This document shows positions 26,329 through 38,970 of a DNA stretch of 52,106 bases, piece after piece. Position 1 is the stretch's first letter; every line of letters starts with the position of its first letter. This DNA comes from Girardia tigrina (Eukaryota): NCBI GenBank assembly GCA_001938485.1, contig MQRK01220079.1, positions 5,233 through 57,338 on the forward strand, given 5' to 3'. The translations under genes and the position numbers were made by a program. Below the pieces are notes generated by a model. It did no database searches. It saw only the letters and a list, made by a program, of their open reading frames with translations, and was not told the origin of the DNA.

Positions 26329-27186
26329 TAAATATTTTACTTATGTTTAACAAACTTAAAATTTAAGCATTATTTAAAACTTAAAAGTTCTTAATTTTTC
26401 AGCAAATTGTCAAGTTAGTTCAAATTAGCTCATTAAGATGTTCAGTTTCAAATAATATTTTTTAATAGTTCTCCGATCAAAATATAGATCAAATACAATT
26501 TTAAAAAATTTAAAAAAATGATGCTAAATTTTTTGAAAAAAAAATTAATGAGCCCATTTAAGAATTTTATTTATTTTGATTTTAAAATTATAATAATCAT
26601 TAAAATATAATTTATTTATTTTGTCTATGCAAGAATCAGTTTCAACATTTATGCTTTAAATGATTTTTATTTCTTTTAAAGCTTCTTCAAGATAATATTT
26701 TTTAATAATTCTATTTTTTAATATTTATATTTTTTAAATATTTATATTTTTAATATTTGATTTTTTAAATATTTATATTTTCTAATATTTTTATTTTTTA
26801 AATATTTATGTTTTTTTTCAATTTTGAATCTGATAATCGCGATTTGCTTCTTTCGTTAAGACAAATGTGCCAGGAAAGTGCCAACACTATTTTTGGAAAT
26901 ATTTTCAAGGATAAAAAATTGTCTTCAAGGAGACAGAAAAATTGTTCAAGTCGGTTGTGCTTGATAAATATAATTTCGATCAGTTTGACACACATTAAAT
27001 AAAAACATAAAATATTCTGAAAAAGCACACTTTTTCCTATACCTATTTTAACGAATATCACGTTTGTTTATCATATAAATACAACTTCATCAATTCTCTT
27101 TCCATATAAATCTGTATATTTCTAGAGATTTATTCTATAATTGGATTTTTTGATTTTATTAGATTTTTTGAACATTTGAAATTAAT

Positions 27187-30100
27187 ATGGCCCGTATCCG
27201 ACTGGCAGCGTCCTTCAAAATAATAAAATATACTATGCTTTTATTCAATCTCATGTTTTGGGTAAGTTTTTGGTTTTTTAGTTTCACATTTTGATCAGAA
27301 GTTCTTAAAATGATTTCCGGAAGTTTCGATAGTACAGTACCTTCAGTACAAGGTGTCCGGAAAGTCCGATGTAATTCTCACAAGTAAAGAACAATAACTC
27401 CCGGATCATGACGGAAATGGATTATTTGAAAATTGCACCGGAATTTCCGGAAACCCTGTATTATCAATTTTAATATTTTTTATTTTGATTATTTTTTATT
27501 AAAATTTTCTTTTGGTTTGAAATAGTCTATTTTTTACCCAAGTGTCAAATTATATGATTAAAACTTTTTTAGTGAGACAATTATATGTAATTATATATTA
27601 TTTTCATTTCAAAATATATTTTGTTCCTCTATTAATATCTTTCGTAAAAATTAAAACACTTCCCATGACTGTTTATTGAATATTGCGTTTGAGAAAAATC
27701 AGACCCCTTGTTCTGTAGACTAAATCGGTTATAACCCTGAGGCAACACTGATTTTGGGGCGCTTAAAATTTTACAGATTTTTTAACGTAATATCAAACTG
27801 ACAATATTATTGAAGCCTTATATTAGGTTGAGGCAAAAGTTCTTTGACCCATTTAATATTAAGTTGATATATTTTTTATATATTTTAAATCTATATTTTA
27901 AAGAAAACCCCTTCTTTACTAATTACTTTTTCTAAATATGTTTAATAATTGAGACCAACAAGTTAAATGTCGAAAGTGGCATATTTTTCGTGTTTAAATT
28001 TTGAAAAAAATGCTGCAGAAACGAAGACTCAAATATGTCAAGCGTCTAGACATAGTACTTTGGCCTATTCGACGGTTAAACTTTGGTTCCATAAGTTCAT
28101 AAATGATGAATTTGTGCTTGAGAATAAAGAGAGAAATGGAGGACACCGAATTGTGACGAGGATACTACTAAGACCACACATAAACTGGATATACAAGTCG
28201 GAGTGAACCAATCCATTATTCTAAGGTGATTGCAAGCCATGAGTAAAATACTAAAGTTTAGAAAATTTGTGCCAAACCAGCTATCTCTAACAAATATTGC
28301 AAAAACATTCATCTCGCTTTATGAAAGTCAACACCGAAAATCGTTTCCTTGGCGTATTGTTATTGGCGTCGAGAAATCGTTGCGGGACAAGAATCATGAG
28401 TGGACCCTGGCAGAGTAACAAACTCCTGGTTTGAAACCGAATATTCATGGGAAGAAGATACTGGTATGAATATGATGGAATGCAAATGGAGTTCATCAAA
28501 CCCGTACAAACAGTTACAGTCAATTACAACAGCGAACAATTGCTCAAACCGAGAGATAAAATCACAGAATTACAGCCCCAAGTTGGTCAAAGAAAATTTA
28601 GAGTAAATATTTTAACAATTTATTTAATTCTCCATTTGCTTAGATAATAAGATTAAAGTCATTAATTAATTGTATTAAGAACACCAATTTGACTTTTCAT
28701 ATTTTTATTAACATGACAAGTTTGATTGCATTCAAGACAATCTTTGTCGAAGCTTTCGTATGATTGAATTCTAACTAATTAATTAATGACTTTACTCTTA
28801 TTATTTTTAGCAAATGGTGATATAAATAATTTGTTAAAATATTTACTCAAAATTTATTGGTTAATAATTAAAATGATTATTAATTATTTAAAAAATATTA
28901 AATCAATAATTTATTTGAAAATTGTAAATAAAATTAATAAAATTATTTAAAATTTTACAATTATTTTAATTTAGAAATAAATTTAAACATTACATATTTT
29001 TAGATAATAAGAGTTAAAATATTAATCATCCATCAGGGTAGGAGAGACACAATTCCAAATCAACATACAACATTCAAACACAAAACATTAAACATTCAAA
29101 ATATTCCTCACAAATAGACTGATGCAATCGTACGAAAGCTTCGACAAAGATTGTCCTGAGGACAATCAAACTTATTGTAATAATAAAAATATTCAAAATC
29201 ATATTGGTGTTCTTTATACTATCAAATGAAAGAAAGACGAAATTGATATTCAAGTATATTGATACCCCATTACCATCACCTTTTAAAATCATACTTCTAG
29301 TTGAGGATGATTGTTGGTGAGTTTCTCTTAAACACGTTTTCCTACCCAATTAATAAAATTTCGAATAATTTCATCGAATAATATGTAATAAAAAACGCTC
29401 CATCTCGATTTAATTTGAAAAGAAGAATCGTTATTTCACTACAGATCAAATTATTACGGCATTCAAACAAGATTTCATCACTGATCATCAGTCGGTCAGT
29501 AAGTCTCCGAAATAATTTCCGTTCAAACACTCTATCCGACTCTGCGCTAAATAAACCTTTTTTTACTCATAAACACAATCCAGCGACCCCCGATAGATCG
29601 TAAATGGGAATCTCAAGTTATTGTAAAAAATAGAACACCATAGAAAAAAATTTCAATATCTCAAAAATCAATAAACATAATATTACTTAACAAATAGATT
29701 TTATACAAAAAAAGAAAGAAAAAAGAACGAAACAATCTTAATGTCCCACTAGATAAATAAATTATTTATATAATTATTAATGTAATAATCTGAAACGAAA
29801 TCTTACTTCTAGGATTAAAATCTAAATGAATCTTTTACATATTTAACTTATTTTAATTATTAAATTAAATATATATAAAAATTACAAAGTTTTATTTTTT
29901 TTTAGATTTTTGGCATTATGATATTTTCTGTTGGTATTTATGCTCGATCATCATCTTCCTTTTTACCCTTTGATGACCACCATACAGGTTGACATAAACT
30001 GAATAATACTCGTTTATTGATACAATTTCAGGAGCTTATATCTTCATTTTCGTGGGAATAATAATAATCGTCATGGGCTTCCTTGGATGTTGTGGAGCGC

Positions 30101-32056
30101 TGAAAGAAAACGCGTGCATGCTGATTCTGGTTAGTTTCATAATTTACAAATTTCTTTTTATTAATTTTAGTTTTTCATAGGACTATTTTTAATATTCGTT
30201 CTACTAATGGCCGCTGGCTTGTGGGCAGTTGCATACAAAGGAAAAGTAAGAATAAAAATTTGGTTACAGAAAGTAATAAGAAGAAAGATTTTTTACCTTC
30301 TAAAATTTCCATACCCTTTTCAAATAACAATTTCACTAGTTAAAACCTTGCTCCTTTCATCAACATAACATTGATTCTCTTTTATACTATTTAGAATGAT
30401 CAAACTGATTAATTATTTAATTTCATAAATCAATTAGAATAATTCTTATTTTTAAACAATGATTTATGCTAATTAAATTACCTCATAAATCGATTAACAA
30501 ATTCGCAATTTGCAACAATTTAATCGACTTGGAATCGATATTTCCAGTAACTAACTCGAACGAGTTGTCCAATCAAGCCGTTTTGGATGACAAAATAATT
30601 GCCTGGTTAAGATGAGCACTTAAATATGTTTCAGTGAGGTGCGGCTATGTTATGACAGTGGAATCTCAAACTATTCACTTCGACTCGAAACTTTTTGACC
30701 AAATAATTTGAGGACAATTGCTGATTTCTATAGCTTGGTCTTTGAAGCACCTTAAACCAATAAAAAAAATTGTTTTTTAACACGAGACTATTATTAAAAA
30801 AAGAGTGAAATATCCCGAGTCTAGAAAATCAATAATTCTATTTGAAAATTTCCCATGACAAAGATTTAACCAAAGAAACTGTAATTTATAAGGAATCCAT
30901 AATGTATTTATTACGAAAAAACTCCATAACTTCATAAATTTCAACACGATCACACCTTAATCAGTAAAGTAAAGTTTGAAGATAAACTTGTTCTTTAAAT
31001 CTTTCATTAACCTTCGACAAGCCAAGCGATTTCAGTCCGCCTCATCCCAACGACCTCATTTTGACATCTTTTGCATTTTGCTAAATTTAAAGTAAATAAA
31101 AACATATATTGACATAATTTGGCACGGATTAACAAGGTGTCATTTTTACAACTTTGGATACGGGAAGGTTAATTTCATGGCATCGGTTTACATTCCAACA
31201 GAATTATAAATTATATTTTAAATTTTAAAGATTTAAGGAACTTTAATCATTTATCGAAAATTGTATTAAATTAAACTTTTTCTCAGATATCCAAGAAGAT
31301 AGAAACTTATTTGATGGATAAAATTTCGAAATACGATAGTAAAACACTTTCCCAAACCGATCGAGACTACATTGACAGAATTCAAAAAGAAGTAAATTTA
31401 TTATATTTAATAAATTATTATAAGTATTGCAATTTTTTTCAAAAAAATGAGTAAAAGCTAATTTAAATATTTTTTGGTTATTAACTTTGAGAGTTTAACA
31501 TCCAGCAACAAAACTAATAATTATTAAAAAGCAATTTTTTAAATTATCTATTTTACGAGTGGTATGGATTTAACGCAACTTACATTTGTGAAACTTCGCG
31601 TCGTCACTGTAAGAGGATCCAGAAACAGAGTCAAAATTAAAGTGTTAATATCAGTGGGGCATGGAAATTTTGTAAATGGTTTATAAATTCTCAATTTAAG
31701 AATTTGGGAGAGAAAGTCATGGATCCTAAATTTAGCTTTACTGATCTGGATTTTTTTTCCAATCATTAACTTTGGTCTTTACGAGGGCCGTTTTTCATCC
31801 TCCATAGATTGGCTGATAGTCGAAATGATGAATGAGGTATAGATAACGTAAGCTATTTTATCTTTTGATCACAAAACCATTTATAATCCCAAAACCATTC
31901 GTTTGATAATTTTGATACCGATGAGTTACACCTAGGACAATATCTTTGAGTATTATACCGCATGAGAATCAATTTTCAGTATTTTTTGTAATTATTAAGA
32001 AAACTGTAAAACGAGTTAATACACGTATATTATATGTTGGTTCATTAACTCACTTT

Positions 32057-32107
<51 letters not shown>

Positions 32108-32157
32108 NNNNNNNNNNNNNNNNNNNNNNNNNNNNNNNNNNNNNNNNNNNNNNNNNN

Positions 32158-32201
<44 letters not shown>

Positions 32202-35053
32202 AATAAAAACTATATTGAAAAATAATTAACTAGCATACATGTCACAAATATTGTCTGTCCCGAAGAAACAGAGAGGTTTTCGATAGCAAAATAATCGGGA
32301 AAGTCGATAAAAGGTCCTGATAATCCGATTCGTTGTTCTAGTAATTATTGGTGGCATAATAATTTTGATCTATGATAAGATTAATAAAAGACATTGCGTA
32401 TCGAGAGAAATTCATGGGGTATGAATTGGTTGTTAGTTGGAATTAGATAAAACGAAATTGAGATTGATATTTTCAATAAGTGTAAGAATCAACTGTTCAA
32501 TGATAATAAGTAGTTTTCAATAAATTACTGACTTCTCAGGATACCAATATCTTTTTATTCTTATTTGAATTTAATAATAGAATCCAAGGTAATGGTACGA
32601 AAATAATATTATATTCTTGTAATTATTTATAATTCGTTTAATATTGCTTGATAATGTATTGATTTTTTTTTAATTGAATCTATATTTATATTTTATATAT
32701 ATTTATTATTATTTAATTATATATATTGGTCATTACAGACTATTAATGTAATTGATCGTTTTTCAAAACAATTTTGCGAAGTTTCCGCTTTACAAATTTT
32801 CATTTAAAAAACATTTAAGAATCAATAATTAACAAATATATATTTTTATTTTAAATCTCAAAGAAAATCACCACAGCGATGTTATCCTCTCGAGATTACT
32901 TTTTTATTAACTTTCCGTTATACATTTCCAATAATTTCTTCCTATAATGACGGTTAAATAATCGAAATTAATTAACAAAAAATATAATTTGATTGATATG
33001 ATATTTTTTAATTACTTTACAAATAATTTTATGGTCCATTAACTAATATCTCGGCTGCAGCTGCCACTAGTGGTCTATATATTGCCAAGATAATATATTG
33101 AATGTATTTTAGTACCAATGGTAGTGTGAGCCGATGATTCCTTTGATGAGACCAAACTTAATTTACGTCCTAAAAACACTGATTCTAATTCAGTTTTGTA
33201 GCTTTTTAATTCAAATAAACCATTCTTGAGACTCACTATATGGAACTGAAAGGGTCAGCGGTATATAATACTCCGTTATAATATTGTTAGGGTTCTGAAA
33301 AAATACATGTGAACACTTTTGATAAAATTTTATATAGGAAATTTTTTAATAATTATTTTAGTAAAATTATTAACTTCAAATAAAATAATATTTAGTCTAA
33401 CAAAACTTGGAATTAAAATTATAAATATTTGTTTTATTTCATCAAAAATTATAAATATTTTACTCTTTGTTTTATCTCATCAATTTTCAAGGCTGAGGAA
33501 AATTACTATATAAACAACACCAAATTCAGTTTTAGTTTGCCCAAAAATATTTGCAAGAAATTTTAACTGAAGAGAATTGTTCATAAGTAGAGTTATTATT
33601 AATATTTACTTTATATTTTTCAAAGTTGAATAAAACCTGTAGTACCCTGTATGGGAGAACAAGGTTTATAGAAAAGTTTTAAGTTTAAATCAAAGCATCG
33701 TTCGTTTTGGGAGATTCACAGTTTTTACTGTAATCTGTTAACTCGCACGAAGTATTGATTGTATTTGTATTTTGTCATCAAAGAATTGAATTATTATTAT
33801 TATTTGTGACTTGTTGATATTTGTTATTTGAAACAAAGTTTGATAAAAGAATTTGTGTTCATTATTCATATATTTATGTTGGAAGACCTTTCTGAATAAT
33901 TGGAGTCAGATCAAAAGATAAAAGATTATTGATTGAGAATTATTGATTAAAGAATAAAGAAAAGAGATTTACGATTAAAGATAAAGTTTTAAGATTTGTG
34001 TTTTAAAAAGTGAATAATTGAATTAAAGATAATTAATAATTAAAACCCCAACAATATTTTTAAAAGTTACTATCAAATGCATTTAAAGAAGCGAGATTTT
34101 CTTGACATTTTTGAATTCTTTTTTTCCATCTTAGTATGGTATAAATCGACCGTCTTTCACTATTGCTGCGCTGATCTTTACACCTATTCCGATAGCAATC
34201 GAACTGCAATCATAAAATGTTAAGAAATAAAAAGTCAATTACGACACTGAACGAATAATTATATTTGAAATAACTACAAACTCAGCAAACTAAAAATTAA
34301 AACAAAACAATTTTTGCTGTAGATAAATAAATATTTAAGGTCGTCGGAGGGAGCGCCGCGCGATGCTCGGTAATTCACGAGTTTGAAGATTATATCTGCT
34401 GATGATGAAGCATGAAGCATCAAAACATATTCAATAACCAATTTCATAAAATTGATTTAAATAAATTATTTGTTTTAAAATATCGAATTAGCGTTCACAA
34501 TATTCAATAATGTGTAAATGACAAAACTATCACTGAAATTGGAGTAAACTTAATTTCATTGACATGTTTTATTATAAATTTATTCTTTTTTGATACAGCA
34601 TAACTGAATTTGAGTCTAACTTAGATTTTAATTAAATAATATAAAAAATGTGACTAAATAAAAAATCTTCACACTATTATAATATTATTATTTATATAGC
34701 ACGAGTGTTGCGGAGTATATAGGTCCACAGATTATCCGAATGGGGCTCCAGCATCCTGTGGGGAAAATATTTCGGATATAAATAAAAGAAAAGTAAAAGC
34801 ATAAATATTTATCTTTTATCTAATTATCTTTTATCCATTAAGGGTTGCTATACAAAATTTCTCGACTTTCAGACAAATAACTTAAACAAAATAGTTGGAT
34901 TTGGTATAACGATTGCTGTAATAATGGTAATTTTTATGACGTATGATGGATAGAAGAACATTAATTGTATTTGTTATTCTTTAGCTATTAGGAATGGTCT
35001 TTTCTATAGCTCTCTACTGTGCTATCAAAGAAACTGAAAAACTGACAAATTAA
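27187..35053 (+). CDS. Tetraspanin, 226 aa, 8 exons: 27187-27261, 29906-29987, 30032-30129, 30171-30245, 31287-31391, 34700-34792, 34843-34926, 34985-35053
   Basis: KYTMLLFNLMFW TM1, GFLGCCGALKENACML, large loop IQKE-HECCG...PASC...GC (4 Cys), TM4 and GMVFSIALYCAIK. All introns GT-AG and frame-consistent, 681 nt in total. Confidence 0.96.
27347..27460. mobile_element. Small Tc1/mariner-type MITE in tetraspanin intron 1
   Basis: TA|CAAGGTGTCCGGAAAGTCCG ... CGGAATTTCCGGAAACCCTG|TA imperfect TIRs. Confidence 0.75.
27821..28590 (+). mobile_element. Decayed mariner (Mos1-like) 5' fragment in tetraspanin intron 1
   Basis: TA|TTAGGTTGAGGCAAAAG end. NAAET...STVKLWFHKF...LENKERNG HTH and WRIVIGVEK. 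Confidence 0.8.
28592..29218. mobile_element. Solo LTR (28673-29112, -) nested in an oppositely oriented fragment of the same LTR family (28592-28672 + 29113-29218)
   Basis: Flanks are reverse complements of ~28777-28856 and 28673-28765. TSD AATTG/AATAG. Confidence 0.85.
31550..31635 (+). mobile_element. Penelope GIY-YIG endonuclease fragment in tetraspanin intron 5
   Basis: GFNATYICETSRRHCKRIQKQS matches GCNATYIGETSRHLCKRIKEHS at 44.3 kb. Confidence 0.75.
32063..32198. repeat. (TA)n microsatellite spanning a gap
   Basis: Direct reading. Confidence 0.98.
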
Positions 35054-35469
35054 TCAGTAGAATCCAGCAGATATTCGCAGTGATCCGATCAGCCGCATGA
35101 ATTATCAGTTCAAATTTATACATTTTTGAATTTTCAATTACTAATTTTAAAATGAGACTTATTTTATTTTCCAATTGGTATATATACAGATATATATATA
35201 GATATATTAGTTTAATTCATTATTATCCAGATTATCTTAATGTCGGTTTAAACAAATTTTCATTGAATGTCTTTGATATCGTTGATGTTGTGATTGAGCT
35301 TGAGATTTAAAGTTGATTTGAAAAGAAAGAATACGATTTTTGTGGTAATTTAGATAAAAATATAAAATAATTCTAAATTCTCAAAGAATCTTTTAATAAA
35401 TTTTGGATTAATGGTTCGTGCGCACACGGGTCCATAAGAGAGAAAATTATTGTTGTTGCTGTAGCAACA

Positions 35470-35826
35470 TTAATAATTCTGGTCGTTGGAAGGAGTGTCG
35501 CATGACTCTCGGTAATTCGCAAGAATCGCCCGGTAGAATTGGCCGAGTTTTAAGCGGTTCTCAAACTTGACAGCCGGATGGTAACTCGCCAGAGCGTACA
35601 AAAACGAAATTTCTGGGCTAAATTTGTCGCCAACGCACGCGAACTTTCAAACAATTTCCCGGGTGACGGACATTAGTGATTCGCGTAATCATTATTGTTC
35701 GTCCAACATCGCACCAATAAGTCGCAACTCAATCGACAAACACAATTGCAGCAAATCGCAAAGAAAACCAATTCGATCAAATGTCGATAAATCTTTGTCA
35801 CCAACCATAGATGTGATTGTGTACAT
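35470..35826 (-). pseudogene. ZCCHC14/ZCCHC2-like N-terminal domain pseudogene
   Basis: DRIGFLCDLLQLCLSIELRLIGAMLDE resembles ZCCHC2/14 RxEFLCGLLDLCxPLELRFLGSCLED. EISFLYALASYHPAVKFENR resembles ExLLLFTMASNHPAFSFHQK. Three in-frame stops between them, no introns. Confidence 0.8.
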
Positions 35827-36704
35827 GTTTGAAATTGTGTGATCTACAGAAACGATTATTACTATTTCTTTTTGACTTTCAAAAATTTATTCAAGAAAGT
35901 AATTCGAGCAGAAATATCTTTTTTCAAAAACTTTTATTCCTATTAAAAACACGAATTCATATTTCAACGCTCGTTGCCACGCAACGATTTATAAAAAAAA
36001 CTTGAAAAGAACTTTCTCGATACATAAAAAAATCCTTTTTCACCCAAATTTCATTATAAATAAATATAATAATTTTTCGTTAATAATAATGATATTCCTT
36101 TTTTATTTTTATAATAATAAAATTTTCTTTTTATTAAATACGTAACAAATTCAATATTATATAATTGGAATAAAAATAAATGATCTTTAATTTACGGAAA
36201 TTCAAAAGAATAGTCACGGTAGAATAGTTACAAATGAGACCATGTTACTGGAATGGGACTAATGGATGTTCTCGGACATTCTAGAAAATCGACCCTTGTC
36301 TCAATGAAGGACAAATATTACTTTGTTCCATATAGTTAATATAAGTAATTATTTCTTTTTTAACACTCAAACTATTTATTCTTCTTGTAAAAATTAGGTA
36401 ATAGGTTACACAAGTTGGTTTTTATAAATATTAGTGACAAATGGGAAATGAGTAACTGTGGAACACAGTCAATATTTTAATAGGTTTATTAATTTTATTA
36501 ATCATGTAACGATTATTCGCCCAGGAACATTTGATATTTTTAAAATCGATATCAGTAATTTGAATATTAACATAAAAAAAGTATATTTCTTCTGTAGAAG
36601 TAATTTTTTCTATTTTTTTTCAACTTTCGATGAACTAAATTCACCGGTTTATTTTTATTTGAATTTTTCCATTCTTTATATTACCTTACTTTATATATAT
36701 AAAG

Positions 36705-36735
<31 letters not shown>

Positions 36736-37239
36736 TGTGTGTATCCATGGAATTTAGAAAAGTATTTTTCAAAGTCTTTTACTCAATCGATTTTCTCTAT
36801 ACTTTGCACGTTTATTCATTCTCCATGACAATAAATGATTAAGTGAAAATTTGATCAAAATAACTTTTTAAGGTCTCAAAATTGGAAAAAAACGGTCCAA
36901 TCGGAATTCCTTAACAATATTAATTAAAAAAGATCTATTTATAAATTATGTGTAGTTTATATTACTCAAAAAACTAAAGATACAAAAGTATTAATATTTT
37001 AATAAGTATTAATAATATTAATATGTTTGGATCACAGCGGGTGCTGAGGTTGTTCAAAACCTTTGGGAGATCTAAAAAGTTAAAAAATATATATAGAAAT
37101 TAATAAAATAAAAACATATAGTTAATTGATAAATTGATCCACCGATTGATAGATTAAATTAATTGATCTATCAATAGATGGACAAAATTAATTACTCTGA
37201 AAAATTTGAAATTAGCGCCGGATGGAAAGTTTCATTTTT

Positions 37240-38970
37240 TTACTTTGAATTACTGGGTTGATGGTCTCCCTTTTGTGATATTGATTGTTTATATTTTTAA
37301 ATATTTTGTTATTTGAAGACTTCCATCGTAAAGATGTTGAAAACTTTGCTCTGATGGAGGTCTCCATTTGTGCGGTTTGTTGTTTTATCTGTTATTTTGT
37401 TAATAAAAGAATAGTGTAATAGATTAAATAAAGCTTTTGTAATTCTGAGTTTTTTATTACAAATATTGTAATATATTTTTTTACTTTGTTTTTTTTTCCA
37501 TCCTATTAAGTTGATGGCAGATGGATTTGGAACTAAAACTTATGGCCGCCGATCAGTTGATAGGTAACGACAGGGGCTTATAGTGCCTGCCGAGACTGTC
37601 GACGATAGGGCGGTCAAAGAAAACGTAACGCTCCGTAAACTGTGCGAGCAATATCATTACAAGGTTCTTAGAGAGTGAAAACTTGGATGCCGATCAGTTG
37701 ACGGAAAATGGCAGGTGCTCATAGTACCTGCTGAGACTGTTGAAGATCCGGCTGCGACAAGGAAGTTTCGCTCACTCTGATAATTTTTATTATCATCAAC
37801 AAGCAGGTTTTCGAGTTGTCCAACGTCCATCAGACTCAATCTTTCTTTCATAAATATTTTCATTTATTTACTTTTCTTATTTATTTTCTTTGCTGGCTAC
37901 CCATTACCATCAAATAATCTATTTAGATTTAAATCAAAATCATGGATGAAAACAGAAGACTGAGATGAGAGCTCTAGAGATACAAACGAAATCCAAATTC
38001 CTGGGGCTGGCAACTTAAGCGAGGAACTGAGAAGAACTTGGATACCTTTATCATTCCACATACTGGTTGTGGAAAAATGCATCATTTTCCAGCAACGGAT
38101 CAGAACACTCCAGAATAATTTAGATAAAAATATAAAATAATACTAAATTCTCAAAGAATATTTTAATAAATTTTGGATTAAGGGTTCGTGCGCACACGGG
38201 TCCATAAGAGAGAAAATTATTGTTGTTGCTGTAGCAACATTAATAATTCTGGTCGTTGGAAGGAGTGTCGCGTGACTCTCGGTAATTCGCAAGAATCGCC
38301 CGGTAGAATTGGTCGAGTTTTAAGCGGTTCTCAAACTTGACAGCCGGATGGTAACTCGCCAGAGCGTACAAAAACAAAATTTCTGGGCAACGGATCAGAC
38401 AACTCCAGAATAAGATTGATGACATCCGAATCCAACAGAATATCATGGGATATCATGAAAAGATCAGAGAACAGGTTTTCCAAGAACAGTCTGTTGTAAT
38501 AATCAAAGCGGCCAGCGAAATAAAGATGAAACAGAGCAGAAATATTGAAGACCTGCATTCTACTTCAAATTTCACATTACACGTTGTAATCACCAAAGAA
38601 GACATGGTTCGGTCATTTTCAAAAATCCTTGCTTGGGTTCGAAAACGCCGAGAACAGAGGAAAGGAGAGCCCAGTTATACCAGCAAGCCAGAGGTGATTT
38701 GAACGAAGTCCAGTGTCCGTCAAAGCTTTACATTAAAAGTCAGGATAACTCTAAATTATGACTGAGTGTCCTCCGATTCAACCATATGTGAAAAATTTTG
38801 TAGATAAATCTTTCCCTGGGGGTAGTCCTTCACAACCCTTTGAAGTACAACAGTAGTAGAGTCCCACCGTCATGTTCCTAGCTCGGAAGGAAAAATGGGA
38901 CTTGTTGAAACATCGATCTCTCACCATCGGTCGCGGAGAAGAATGGGCAGTTTTGTCCGATTCTAATAAC
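37240..38970 (+). mobile_element. Decayed 5' part of a Penelope-like element (pLTR-like segment, UTR, N-terminal ORF)
   Basis: Helical N-terminal ORF pieces (RALEIQTK..PGAG..EELRRTW), LSLG.SFTTP (cf. LSKGLNFAP) at ~38810, AEKNGQF (cf. ADKG) at ~38935. Degenerate TGAAGA..GAAA plus AATAAA at ~37313-37407. Confidence 0.5.
38116..38388 (-). pseudogene. Duplicated ZCCHC-like segment (copy of 35346-35618) inserted between 27-bp direct repeats
   Basis: About 6 differences in 273 bp versus 35346-35618. Direct repeats at 38092-38118 and 38387-38413. Confidence 0.9.

Noticed and set aside
37305-37350. TTGAAGA...CATC-GTAAA-GATG...GAAA possible hammerhead in the putative pLTR
   Set aside because: Core C is mutated and stems I/III are unconvincing. 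Used only as weak support for a PLE.
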